Origin: an uncultured delta proteobacterium
GTDB taxonomy: Bacteria; Myxococcota_A; Polyangia; Polyangiales; Houyiibacteriaceae
Direction of reading: 5' to 3'
DNA: 64,000 bases
Assembly: GCA_963699755.1 (NCBI GenBank)
Contig: CAVOVB010000001.1
Location: 1,440,001-1,504,000 of the forward strand
Shown: piece by piece, positions 56,826-64,000 of the stretch
How positions within the stretch are numbered: position 1 is the stretch's first letter
Layout of the letters: each line of letters starts with the position of its first letter
The notes under the pieces: generated by a model
Database searches by the model: none
What the model was told of the DNA's origin: nothing
Seen by the model: only the letters and a program-made list of their open reading frames with translations
Translations under genes and position numbers: made by a program

Positions 56826-57530
56826 TCAGAGAATCTCAGAGCGGCGCGCTCGTGACTGCGCACGCACCTCGTCGGCTTCGGCGCTGAGCTCGCGGTTCTC
56901 CGGTTCATCACGCTGCAATGTTGCGTAGATCGCAAGCGAGCGCTTGAAGTGCCCCTGCTCTGCGAGGATGCGTGCCATTGTCAGGGTGGGAAAAGGCTCT
57001 TCGAAGATGCTCGCGGTTTTCGAAAAGACGCCAACCGGCGGCCGGCTGGGTGGCCCCGCGGCGGGCTCGGACGGGGGTGCGGGCTCGTCGTCGGACCCGA
57101 TCGGGTGTGCGGTCCCGTTCTCGGACTCAGGCACGTTCTCGGGCTCCCCCAGGCCGGCGGACGCCGCTGCACGCCCAGACGCTTGCCCTGGGACTGACGC
57201 GGACCGGGTCGTCGAACCCACCCCGACCGACGGCATCGGGGCCTCCGCCGGCCGCCCGAATCGCTTCGCCTCCCTCACCGGGGCCTCGCCCCCTGGAGGC
57301 TGTCCAACAGCCTCTTTTCGGGGTTCTTCCTGCGCGGCCTGGATGGCCCATCTGGCAAAGCCCAGCACCTTGCCGAAGAAACCCTCCGACTGCTGCCCGC
57401 CGCTAGCCCGATCGCGGATCGCGTGAATCAGCTGTCCTCGGCTCATCGCGTAGGTGTCGGATACACCCAGGCGCTCAGCTTCCTGGCGAAGCTCCGGCGT
57501 CGTCAGATTGTAGAGTCGCGTCAGATCCAT
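56826..57530 (-). CDS. Hypothetical protein: Rho-N-like helical domain, disordered linker, C-terminal TPR-like motif
   Basis: LTTPELRQEAERLGV...MSRGQLIHAI and TLTMARILAEQGHFKRSLAIY. Confidence 0.65.
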   Translation of the reverse strand: MDLTRLYNLTTPELRQEAERLGVSDTYAMSRGQLIHAIRDRASGGQQSEGFFGKVLGFARWAIQAAQEEPRKEAVGQPPGGEAPVREAKRFGRPAEAPMPSVGVGSTTRSASVPGQASGRAAASAGLGEPENVPESENGTAHPIGSDDEPAPPSEPAAGPPSRPPVGVFSKTASIFEEPFPTLTMARILAEQGHFKRSLAIYATLQRDEPENRELSAEADEVRAQSRARRSEIL

Positions 57531-58450
57531 CGAAGCAGCTCCGGGCTCGCCTGTTGTAGCGCGTTCTTGGCCTGCTCGCAGTCTCGTTCGATCTGCGCGC
57601 GCAGGGCGTCCAGCCCATCGAACTTCGTCTCTCCGCGAATGCGGGCCACGAAACCCACACGCATGCGCCTTCCGTAGAGATCACCGTCGAAATCAAGCAG
57701 GTGCACTTCGACCGAACGCCCCGCTTCGAAGGTTGGTCGGTTGCCGAGATTGGCGACACCCTGGAGCAAAGGGCCTTCCGGCTCGTCCAGCACGCGGGCG
57801 ACCACGGCGTACACACCGTCCTTCGGGAGTTGCAGGGGCTCAACCTCGAGATTGGCCGTCGGAAAGCCCAGCGCCCGCCCGCGCCGGTCGCCCCAAGTGA
57901 TGAGCCCCGTGGTTTCATGTACCCGCGTCATCATGAGCGCAGCATCCTCTACATTGCCATCCTCGCCGAGGATTCGACGAAGCCGCGTCGAGGACACGGC
58001 CTCGCCCCCGAACATGACCGGCTGCACCAGCTCAACCGAGAACCCTTCACGTTCGCTCAAGTCTCGCAGGGTGCCGATATTACCCGCGCGTTTGTAGCCG
58101 AAATGGAAATCCGGGCCCACCACGACACCCTTGGCCCGACAGAGGTCGAGCAGGACTCGCTCGACGAATCGCTCTGGCGTCATCTTCGAGAACTCGCTGT
58201 CGAACGGCAGGACCACCACCTCGTCGCAGCCGGCCCCCTTTAGGATCTCGACGCGGCGTGCCATGCTGGTGATGAGGATGGGCGCGCGCTCGGGTGCCAA
58301 GACAGCCGTGGGATGGGGCTCGAAGCACATCGCCAGCGTCTGCCAGCCCCGTGAATCTGCGGTTCGTTTGGCGGCGTCGATCAGCGCCCGGTGACCCAGA
58401 TGAACGCCATCATGGTTGCCAGGGGTGACGACGGAATCGGTGCGGCGCAT
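57521..58450 (-). CDS. ribF: Bifunctional riboflavin kinase/FAD synthetase
   Basis: GNHDGVHLGH, VVGPDFHFG, VSSTRLR, GRALGFPTAN, GVYAV, NLGNRPTF and EVHLLDF. Start probably ATG 58450. Confidence 0.95.
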   Translation of the reverse strand: MRRTDSVVTPGNHDGVHLGHRALIDAAKRTADSRGWQTLAMCFEPHPTAVLAPERAPILITSMARRVEILKGAGCDEVVVLPFDSEFSKMTPERFVERVLLDLCRAKGVVVGPDFHFGYKRAGNIGTLRDLSEREGFSVELVQPVMFGGEAVSSTRLRRILGEDGNVEDAALMMTRVHETTGLITWGDRRGRALGFPTANLEVEPLQLPKDGVYAVVARVLDEPEGPLLQGVANLGNRPTFEAGRSVEVHLLDFDGDLYGRRMRVGFVARIRGETKFDGLDALRAQIERDCEQAKNALQQASPELLRWI

Positions 58451-58584
58451 CAGCAGAAAGGCCCGGGAGCGGTGAACGTGCCCCTCCTTCACTCACCTAC
58501 AGCGCCGTCGCGGACACTTCAACTCGAATGCGGCCGATATCGACGTTGGTGACGCAAGGCTTTGGGTGCTGTATGGTTGAAAAC

Positions 58585-58851
58585 ATGGGGAAATCAAAGG
58601 GAAGGGTCGGTTCCACAGAGGAGGCTCCTTTCGAGGAGGTCATGGACCGCCTCCAAACCGTCGTGGCACAATTAGAAGAAGGAGATTTGCCTCTCGAGCA
58701 GTCTCTGGCGATGTTTGAAGAGGGTGTCCGCCTATCGCGGGCCGGAGCGAAACGACTGGATGAAGCTGAGCGTAGGGTAGAGGAGCTCCTTGCAGCCGGA
58801 GACGAGCTGCAAACGAGTCCTCTCGAAGACAGCGAAGCGGGGGAACAATGA
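58585..58851 (+). CDS. xseB: Exodeoxyribonuclease VII small subunit
   Basis: FEEVMDRLQTVVAQLEEGDLPLEQSLAMFEEGVRL..LDEAERRV. Confidence 0.93.
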   Translation: MGKSKGRVGSTEEAPFEEVMDRLQTVVAQLEEGDLPLEQSLAMFEEGVRLSRAGAKRLDEAERRVEELLAAGDELQTSPLEDSEAGEQ

Positions 58852-60089
58852 GCCAAGTCCTCACGGTACCAACACACTTCAACGACATTGGAGAGCTCTC
58901 CGAGGGCTTCCTCGATCGCGTCGAACGAGACACCCTGATCCTTTATGGGCCGGTGGCCTACGAAGACGGATCCGAGATCGAGTTCGCCGTGCTGCTCGCC
59001 GATGGCAGTGCTGCGCTCGAAGGAAAAGGCTTCGTCCGTGCCGCGGTGGATGGCGGCGCCGACCGCGTGCCCGAAACACGCTACGATGTCGTCGTCGAAG
59101 CCCTCGAGCTGGATGGCCGCTATGAAGTGGTGTTCGAACGCCTGGTGCTTGCGCGCCAGGCGGTTTCGGAGCCTCCTTTCACCGAGCCCGAAGAAGAAAA
59201 AACGACCGGCGAGATCGAGGCCGCAACCGAGGCCGACGGCGCAGCGGAGGAGCCCAGAGGCGATCATCCGATCGACCTGAAAGCGAATGCTGACGTGAAC
59301 GACATCGAGCTCCGCGCAGATGAGGTGTTCTCGCTCGCGCCCGATGAGGTTCTCTCGGCCTCTCCTCAGGAATCCGATTCCGACTTGCCCGATGAAGACT
59401 CTGCGGTCGATACCGAGCCACCCGAGCTAAGCATCCAAGAGCCGAACACTAGCGTCGAAGAAGTCGATGTCGACGTCGAAGACGAGCTGGCCACGGTCGT
59501 GGCTGCCGTCGACCCCGAAGCAATGATGGCCGACGCCGAAGTCGCATCCCGGGAGGAGGACGAGGTTTGTTCCGATGAACAGGCGACGTTCGAGGCCCGT
59601 GCCGACGTAAGCGATCGGCGCGCACCGGCCGAAGAGGCCTACGAGCAGGCCATCGCCAACGAGGCGGGCCAGCGCGATGCGGACTATGCCTTCGAACATG
59701 GCATTGCCATGGAGCCGCGAGTCGGCATGCCGGTGCCCATTCCTTCGATGGCCGCCCCGCCCGCGACACCTCCTGCTCCGCCCCGACTTCGGCTCGCCGA
59801 GCCCCCTCAGGGCCTGACGCGGCCTTCGCTGGCACAGGCCGAGGCGCCGCGGTTCATGACCGACGGAGAGGTAAGCGATGTCCATACCACGGGTCTTTTC
59901 GCCTACGAAGATGGCCTCCCGATTCCGTCTCGGCCACCGCTCCCCGACCCCAATGGGGCCCGTTCGGCGACCGCCAATGAAGCTCAGGGCCACTACGACG
60001 TCGAAGAGTCGGATCGACCAGCAGCCAATGACGACGAATACGAAGAAATACGCCTCAGCGATTTCGCGGGCGCAGTCGAAGAGGGGTGA
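58848..60089 (+). CDS. Hypothetical protein: compact beta-rich N-domain (PilZ-like?) plus long acidic disordered tail
   Basis: GSEIEFAVLLADGSAALEGKGFVR resembles myxobacterial PilZ-like N-domains; the rest is E/D/P-rich. ATGA overlap with xseB. Confidence 0.6.
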   Translation: MSQVLTVPTHFNDIGELSEGFLDRVERDTLILYGPVAYEDGSEIEFAVLLADGSAALEGKGFVRAAVDGGADRVPETRYDVVVEALELDGRYEVVFERLVLARQAVSEPPFTEPEEEKTTGEIEAATEADGAAEEPRGDHPIDLKANADVNDIELRADEVFSLAPDEVLSASPQESDSDLPDEDSAVDTEPPELSIQEPNTSVEEVDVDVEDELATVVAAVDPEAMMADAEVASREEDEVCSDEQATFEARADVSDRRAPAEEAYEQAIANEAGQRDADYAFEHGIAMEPRVGMPVPIPSMAAPPATPPAPPRLRLAEPPQGLTRPSLAQAEAPRFMTDGEVSDVHTTGLFAYEDGLPIPSRPPLPDPNGARSATANEAQGHYDVEESDRPAANDDEYEEIRLSDFAGAVEEG

Positions 60090-60095
60090 CCTGCC

Positions 60096-60404
60096 GTGAG
60101 CCGAGCCGTCGCCATCCTAGTCTGCGTCCTCAGCTTCGTGTTCACGACGGAGGTCAAGGCCGATGCCGTCGTTCACGTGAAGGTGCGCAGCGCCGACAAT
60201 AAACCAGTCGACGGGCGGGTTGAGCTCAGTGGCACCGGAGGTACGTTCACCTGTACAACCAGTCAGGGCAGTTGCACCTTGAGGTCGGTCCCGGGCGGTC
60301 GCTACGTTGCCGTGTTCAAGCCTGCGAGCGGAAGCGCCACCGCCCCGAAAAAGGTCATGATCCCGCCCGACGGCCAGGCGGATCTCCACATCGCCGCGAA
60401 ATAG
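60096..60404 (+). CDS. Small secreted protein, carboxypeptidase-regulatory-like beta sandwich
   Basis: Signal peptide, VKVRSADNKPVDGRVEL and VPGGRY. Confidence 0.65.
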   Translation: MSRAVAILVCVLSFVFTTEVKADAVVHVKVRSADNKPVDGRVELSGTGGTFTCTTSQGSCTLRSVPGGRYVAVFKPASGSATAPKKVMIPPDGQADLHIAAK

Positions 60405-60470
60405 CCCGTTCGAGTTGGCACGGGACACCCCCGAACTGTCATCATTTTGGGTGGGGAACAGGCGAGGGGA

Positions 60471-62516
60471 ATGCGCAGGAGCTGGAAATTGTCCTGTTTG
60501 GGGGGCGTTGTCGCATTGGCATGCGCCGCACCGGTTCGCGCGCAGGGCGGTGCCGAGGTCGACTCCGCGAGCGAGGCACGCGCAGCTCGTCTTACCGAGG
60601 TCCAGAACAGCTTCAGCGGACCGACCGGTGGCATTCGCATCATCGACGCTGGCTCGGGCCCTAAGGGAACGTTCCGTCTGGCGCTGAACACCGAGCTCTT
60701 CGTCATTCGCGACTACTTCGTCCCGACCGACCAGGCGCAGCACTTCGCTGCAAATCTCTCGCTGAGCATCACGCCGACGGAGTACCTCGAGGTGTTCGTC
60801 GCCGCAGAGGCGACCTCGGCCTGGGATGACTCGAACGACCCGTTGTTGATCCAGCGCGTCGCGGACGTCCTCATCGGCCTCAAGGGTTTCTATCGGGCCA
60901 AGCCCTGGCTTTCGGTGGGGGGCGACGCGAGCGTTGCCTTTCTCGGCGGGGTGGGCGACGCCAAAGCCTCGCTGCGCTCCACGAGCTTTGGCGTGCGGGG
61001 GAACCTGACGTTCGATTTCCAAGAGCACGCGCGTCGCGACGCGCCGATGATCTTGCGGGTCAACGCCCAGTATTGGTTCGACAACTCGGCAAAGCTCACC
61101 GAAGACATCGAACGGCAGAGGTACGCCGCGCTCTGGGGTGTCGCGTCCCACCCAGAGGAAACCCGCCACCTGCTCACTGCGTTCGAACGCTATGCCTACG
61201 GGGTCAACCGAAGGGACTTCGTGCGCATCGCGACGGGCTTCGAAGCCCCGCTCAAGGTCCGCAAGGTCGGGCTCCATCCCTTGCTCGAGTGGCAGTGGGG
61301 CATCCCCGTCAAGCGCCAGGGGTTCGAGTGCGCAGCGAGCACGGGTCGGAACGGCGATGGCTGCCTGGCGGACGAAGGCGTCAAAGCCTTTCCGATGGAG
61401 CTCAGCCTTGGGTTGCGCATTCTTCCTCCACCCAGGGGGCTGGCCTTCACCGTCGCAGCGGATGTCGGCCTCACCGGAACCCGCAACTTCGTCCGGGAGC
61501 TGGCGCCCACCGCCCCGTACAACATCGTTTTGGGGGTTGCCTATGCGTTCGACCCACGCCCCGCGACCCTCCGCGCCTCCGAAGTCCCCATCCCAATCGA
61601 GTCGCCGGTCGAGCCGGAACGGACCGGCCAGCTCCAGGGGCAGGTCCTCGAGGAGGGTAGCGGGCGGCCGGTCTCCGATGCCCTGGTCGCCGTGATCGGC
61701 CAGGATGGCTCTCCGCTGCTCACCGACGCCGCTGGACGGTTCGTCACCTACGGTTTGCCCGAGGGAGAGCTCCTGCTCGAGGTGTCGCATCGTGACTACG
61801 TGACCGCGCAGTGCAGGGCCCTGGTTCCATCGGAGGTCCAGTGCACGCTCCTGCCTTCGAGCCGCGACGGGCAACTTCGGGTGGTCGCGGTCGATCGCGA
61901 CGGCGATCCGGTTCCCCAGCTGGCGATCACGGTCCGCGGACCTTCCGAGCACGTGCTGATTTCCGATCAGTCGGGCATTGTCATGCTCGAAGCGCTGAAG
62001 GCCGGGTCGTACACCGTCTACGTCGATGATCCGGTGTTCCTGATCACGGTCGCCGATGTGGAGATCTACGAGCGCCGCGAAACCGAGTTGCAGCTTCGGG
62101 TCCTTCGCAAGCCTTCACGATCCAGTGTCGTGGTGAAGCAGAAGCAGATCGCCCTGCGCCGGCAGGTCAGCTTCGCAACCGGCAGCGACGAAATCTTGCC
62201 GAACAGCGAGCCGCTCTTGTTGGAAGTCGTCGATGCGCTTCTTCGCAACCCAGATATCGAGCTCGTCGAGATTCAAGGGCACACCGACAATCGCGGAGGC
62301 TATGAGGTCAACATGCGAATCTCGCAAGAACGCGCCGATGCGGTGAAGCGATGGTTGACCGAGCATGGCGTGGAGCCGGCGCGCTTGACGACGAAGGGCT
62401 ACGGCCCGACGCGTCCGCTTGCGCCGAACATCACTCAGCAAAACCGAGCTCGCAATCGGCGCGTTCAGTTTACGATTCTGCGTCGCGTCCGGCTGAACGT
62501 CGCCGCATCACCATGA
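60471..62516 (+). CDS. OmpA family outer membrane protein with N-terminal beta-stranded domain and two carboxypeptidase-regulatory-like domains
   Basis: Signal peptide; C-terminal VSFATGS, IQGHTDNRG, SQERADAV, GYGPTRP and NRRVQF. Start at 60447 or 60471. Confidence 0.88.
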   Translation: MRRSWKLSCLGGVVALACAAPVRAQGGAEVDSASEARAARLTEVQNSFSGPTGGIRIIDAGSGPKGTFRLALNTELFVIRDYFVPTDQAQHFAANLSLSITPTEYLEVFVAAEATSAWDDSNDPLLIQRVADVLIGLKGFYRAKPWLSVGGDASVAFLGGVGDAKASLRSTSFGVRGNLTFDFQEHARRDAPMILRVNAQYWFDNSAKLTEDIERQRYAALWGVASHPEETRHLLTAFERYAYGVNRRDFVRIATGFEAPLKVRKVGLHPLLEWQWGIPVKRQGFECAASTGRNGDGCLADEGVKAFPMELSLGLRILPPPRGLAFTVAADVGLTGTRNFVRELAPTAPYNIVLGVAYAFDPRPATLRASEVPIPIESPVEPERTGQLQGQVLEEGSGRPVSDALVAVIGQDGSPLLTDAAGRFVTYGLPEGELLLEVSHRDYVTAQCRALVPSEVQCTLLPSSRDGQLRVVAVDRDGDPVPQLAITVRGPSEHVLISDQSGIVMLEALKAGSYTVYVDDPVFLITVADVEIYERRETELQLRVLRKPSRSSVVVKQKQIALRRQVSFATGSDEILPNSEPLLLEVVDALLRNPDIELVEIQGHTDNRGGYEVNMRISQERADAVKRWLTEHGVEPARLTTKGYGPTRPLAPNITQQNRARNRRVQFTILRRVRLNVAASP

Positions 62517-63489
62517 GCCCGATCAGGGCAAGGATGGTCGCCCAGAGCGCACCTGCTGGGTTCTGGGCGGTGCTGCAGCCGCTGCTGCTCCCCGTGGAGC
62601 CCGGCGCGTCGCAGGCGATCTTGTTCCCGTTCGCGTCGGTTTCGCAGTTGAGCTGGAGCCCACCAAATGGAATGGCGATACACGAGTCGTCGAGGTTTCG
62701 GGGCCCGTAGATGTCGCAGACCGCGTTGATGTCGTCCGGCGCTAGACTCCGCTTCTCGACCGCGTTTCGTTCCGCCGAGGCGAACATCGTGGCCACGACG
62801 CAGGGGTCATCGGGATCGTTGATGTTGTCGGGATTGCAGTGACCGATTCCGATGAAGTGCCCGGCCTCATGGGTGACGATGCCGCGCAAGTCCGCGTCGG
62901 GGGCCTCGCAGCCGCCCTCGGGGCAGTCCGCGTAGGGACCGCCGGCGCCGCGTCCTGGGACGAATTGCTGATCGTTGATCATCATGTCGGCGTCGAGGAT
63001 CTCGCCGTTGCTGGTGTTGTACCAGACCTTCGTCACGGCGAATGCACGTGAGTCGTAGGGAAGGTCGCCCTCGCCGTCACAGGGATCCTGCCAAGGGTCG
63101 AGGAAGGCGATGGTGTTCACGTTCCCGACGGTGTTGAACTCGGCTCGTTTGCAGGTTGAGGGCACCACCGAAGGCTGGAAGACCAAGTTCGGACTGAAGC
63201 CGCCCGCGCATTCGGCGGTTTCCCAAGTTGCGAATGCCGCGTTGACCGCATTCTCGATCTCGCTGTACTCCATCCAGAACGAGGCACGGCCATCGATCGC
63301 GTAGGAGAGGCAGGGGTTGGTCCAAACCAGGGGCGCCCCCTTTTCGACGCAGGGCTGCTCGCCGACCTGGGCCCCGCCGCCGGTCGTCATGCGGCAGTAG
63401 GCCGACGCGTCGTTTGCCCCGAAGGAAGCCAAGAGCGCCAGCCCGAAAGAGGTGACTAGCGACAGAGAGTGGAGGCTGCGCTGAATCAT
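62470..63489 (-). CDS. Matrixin-family (M10-like) zinc metalloprotease with MYXO-CTERM sorting tail
   Basis: Signal peptide; HEAGHFIGIGH; Met-turn ATMFA; LAPDDINAVCDIY; tail SGCST...TM...RRR. Confidence 0.88.
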   Translation of the reverse strand: MIQRSLHSLSLVTSFGLALLASFGANDASAYCRMTTGGGAQVGEQPCVEKGAPLVWTNPCLSYAIDGRASFWMEYSEIENAVNAAFATWETAECAGGFSPNLVFQPSVVPSTCKRAEFNTVGNVNTIAFLDPWQDPCDGEGDLPYDSRAFAVTKVWYNTSNGEILDADMMINDQQFVPGRGAGGPYADCPEGGCEAPDADLRGIVTHEAGHFIGIGHCNPDNINDPDDPCVVATMFASAERNAVEKRSLAPDDINAVCDIYGPRNLDDSCIAIPFGGLQLNCETDANGNKIACDAPGSTGSSSGCSTAQNPAGALWATILALIGLMVMRRRSAGRDAES

Positions 63490-64000
63490 CGACGTCCCTC
63501 CTGCTCTTGGGCGAGGTTACGCAGCTTGATCAAGAAGGCATCGAGGCGCTCGGGCTCTGGCACCGCGCCGAAGCTCCGCTTCAGGCGGCCTTCCGCATCT
63601 CGGCGGACCAGCATCAAACCCTCGCGGCTCTGACGGACGGTGTCGACGCCTTGCTCTCGGCGCACACGCATCACGCCCTGGCCCATACCCACAGGGCGAA
63701 ACGCGGAGTACGGCCCGCCGCCATGGGCGAAGACGAGGACGCGCTCGCCCACCTCGAAAGACGCTTCGCCCTCGACGCGCATCCCGATGTCGCCGATCTG
63801 GCCACCCAGGGTTTCGATGATCAGCTCCGATTCGTCGGGCGCCTGGCCTCGAATCTCCCGCTCGACCTCGATCCGATGCCAGGTCGAGATCTGGCCGTCC
63901 GGGCGGACGAAGGACTCGGAGAACAACACTCGGCCGAGGACGATACAGTCGGCTTCGGCGGTCAGTTCTTCGAGCTCGAGCCCTTGGACGATGGAGGCAT
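63486..64000 (-). CDS. Secreted hypothetical protein coupled to the metalloprotease (5' end beyond window)
   Basis: Frame stays open to the edge: ASIVQGLELEELTAEADCIVLGRV, ETLGGQIGD and FEVGERVLVF. ATGA overlap with the protease. Confidence 0.75.
   Translation of the reverse strand, partial: ASIVQGLELEELTAEADCIVLGRVLFSESFVRPDGQISTWHRIEVEREIRGQAPDESELIIETLGGQIGDIGMRVEGEASFEVGERVLVFAHGGGPYSAFRPVGMGQGVMRVRREQGVDTVRQSREGLMLVRRDAEGRLKRSFGAVPEPERLDAFLIKLRNLAQEQEGRR

Overview
High-GC bacterial chromosomal segment. The gene content (MYXO-CTERM protease, Cys-rich and VWA lipoproteins, Ser/Thr kinase, zinc-ribbon-TPR protein, PilZ proteins) points to a myxobacterium, probably Polyangiales-like; this is an inference. 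About 60 CDS and one tRNA-Ala(GGC) are present. No CRISPR array, rRNA, integrase or transposase was recognised. Core genes include mreBCD-mrdA-rodA, bamD, phoH, cysK, pyk, uvrC, zapA, cdd, purine nucleoside phosphorylase, rplU-rpmA, ribF and xseB. The best candidate for an undescribed system is a co-oriented minus-strand block (8.5-16.9 kb): TetR, two TatP-like DctP binding proteins, an intact plus a degenerate class II aldolase behind an SD-sequestering hairpin, an FGGY kinase, a sphingosine-1-phosphate-lyase-like enzyme and a DUF1295 membrane protein, possibly a sphingoid-base/lipid scavenging pathway. Other notable signals are a lipoprotein-PDZ protein fused to a degenerate NuoH-like membrane domain, a recurrent leaderless-promoter pattern, an exosortase E-like relic, a REC-Hpt-degenerate GGDEF receptor, and a zapA-ygfA junction with no room for 6S RNA. 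All calls come from reading motifs by eye; no searches were run.
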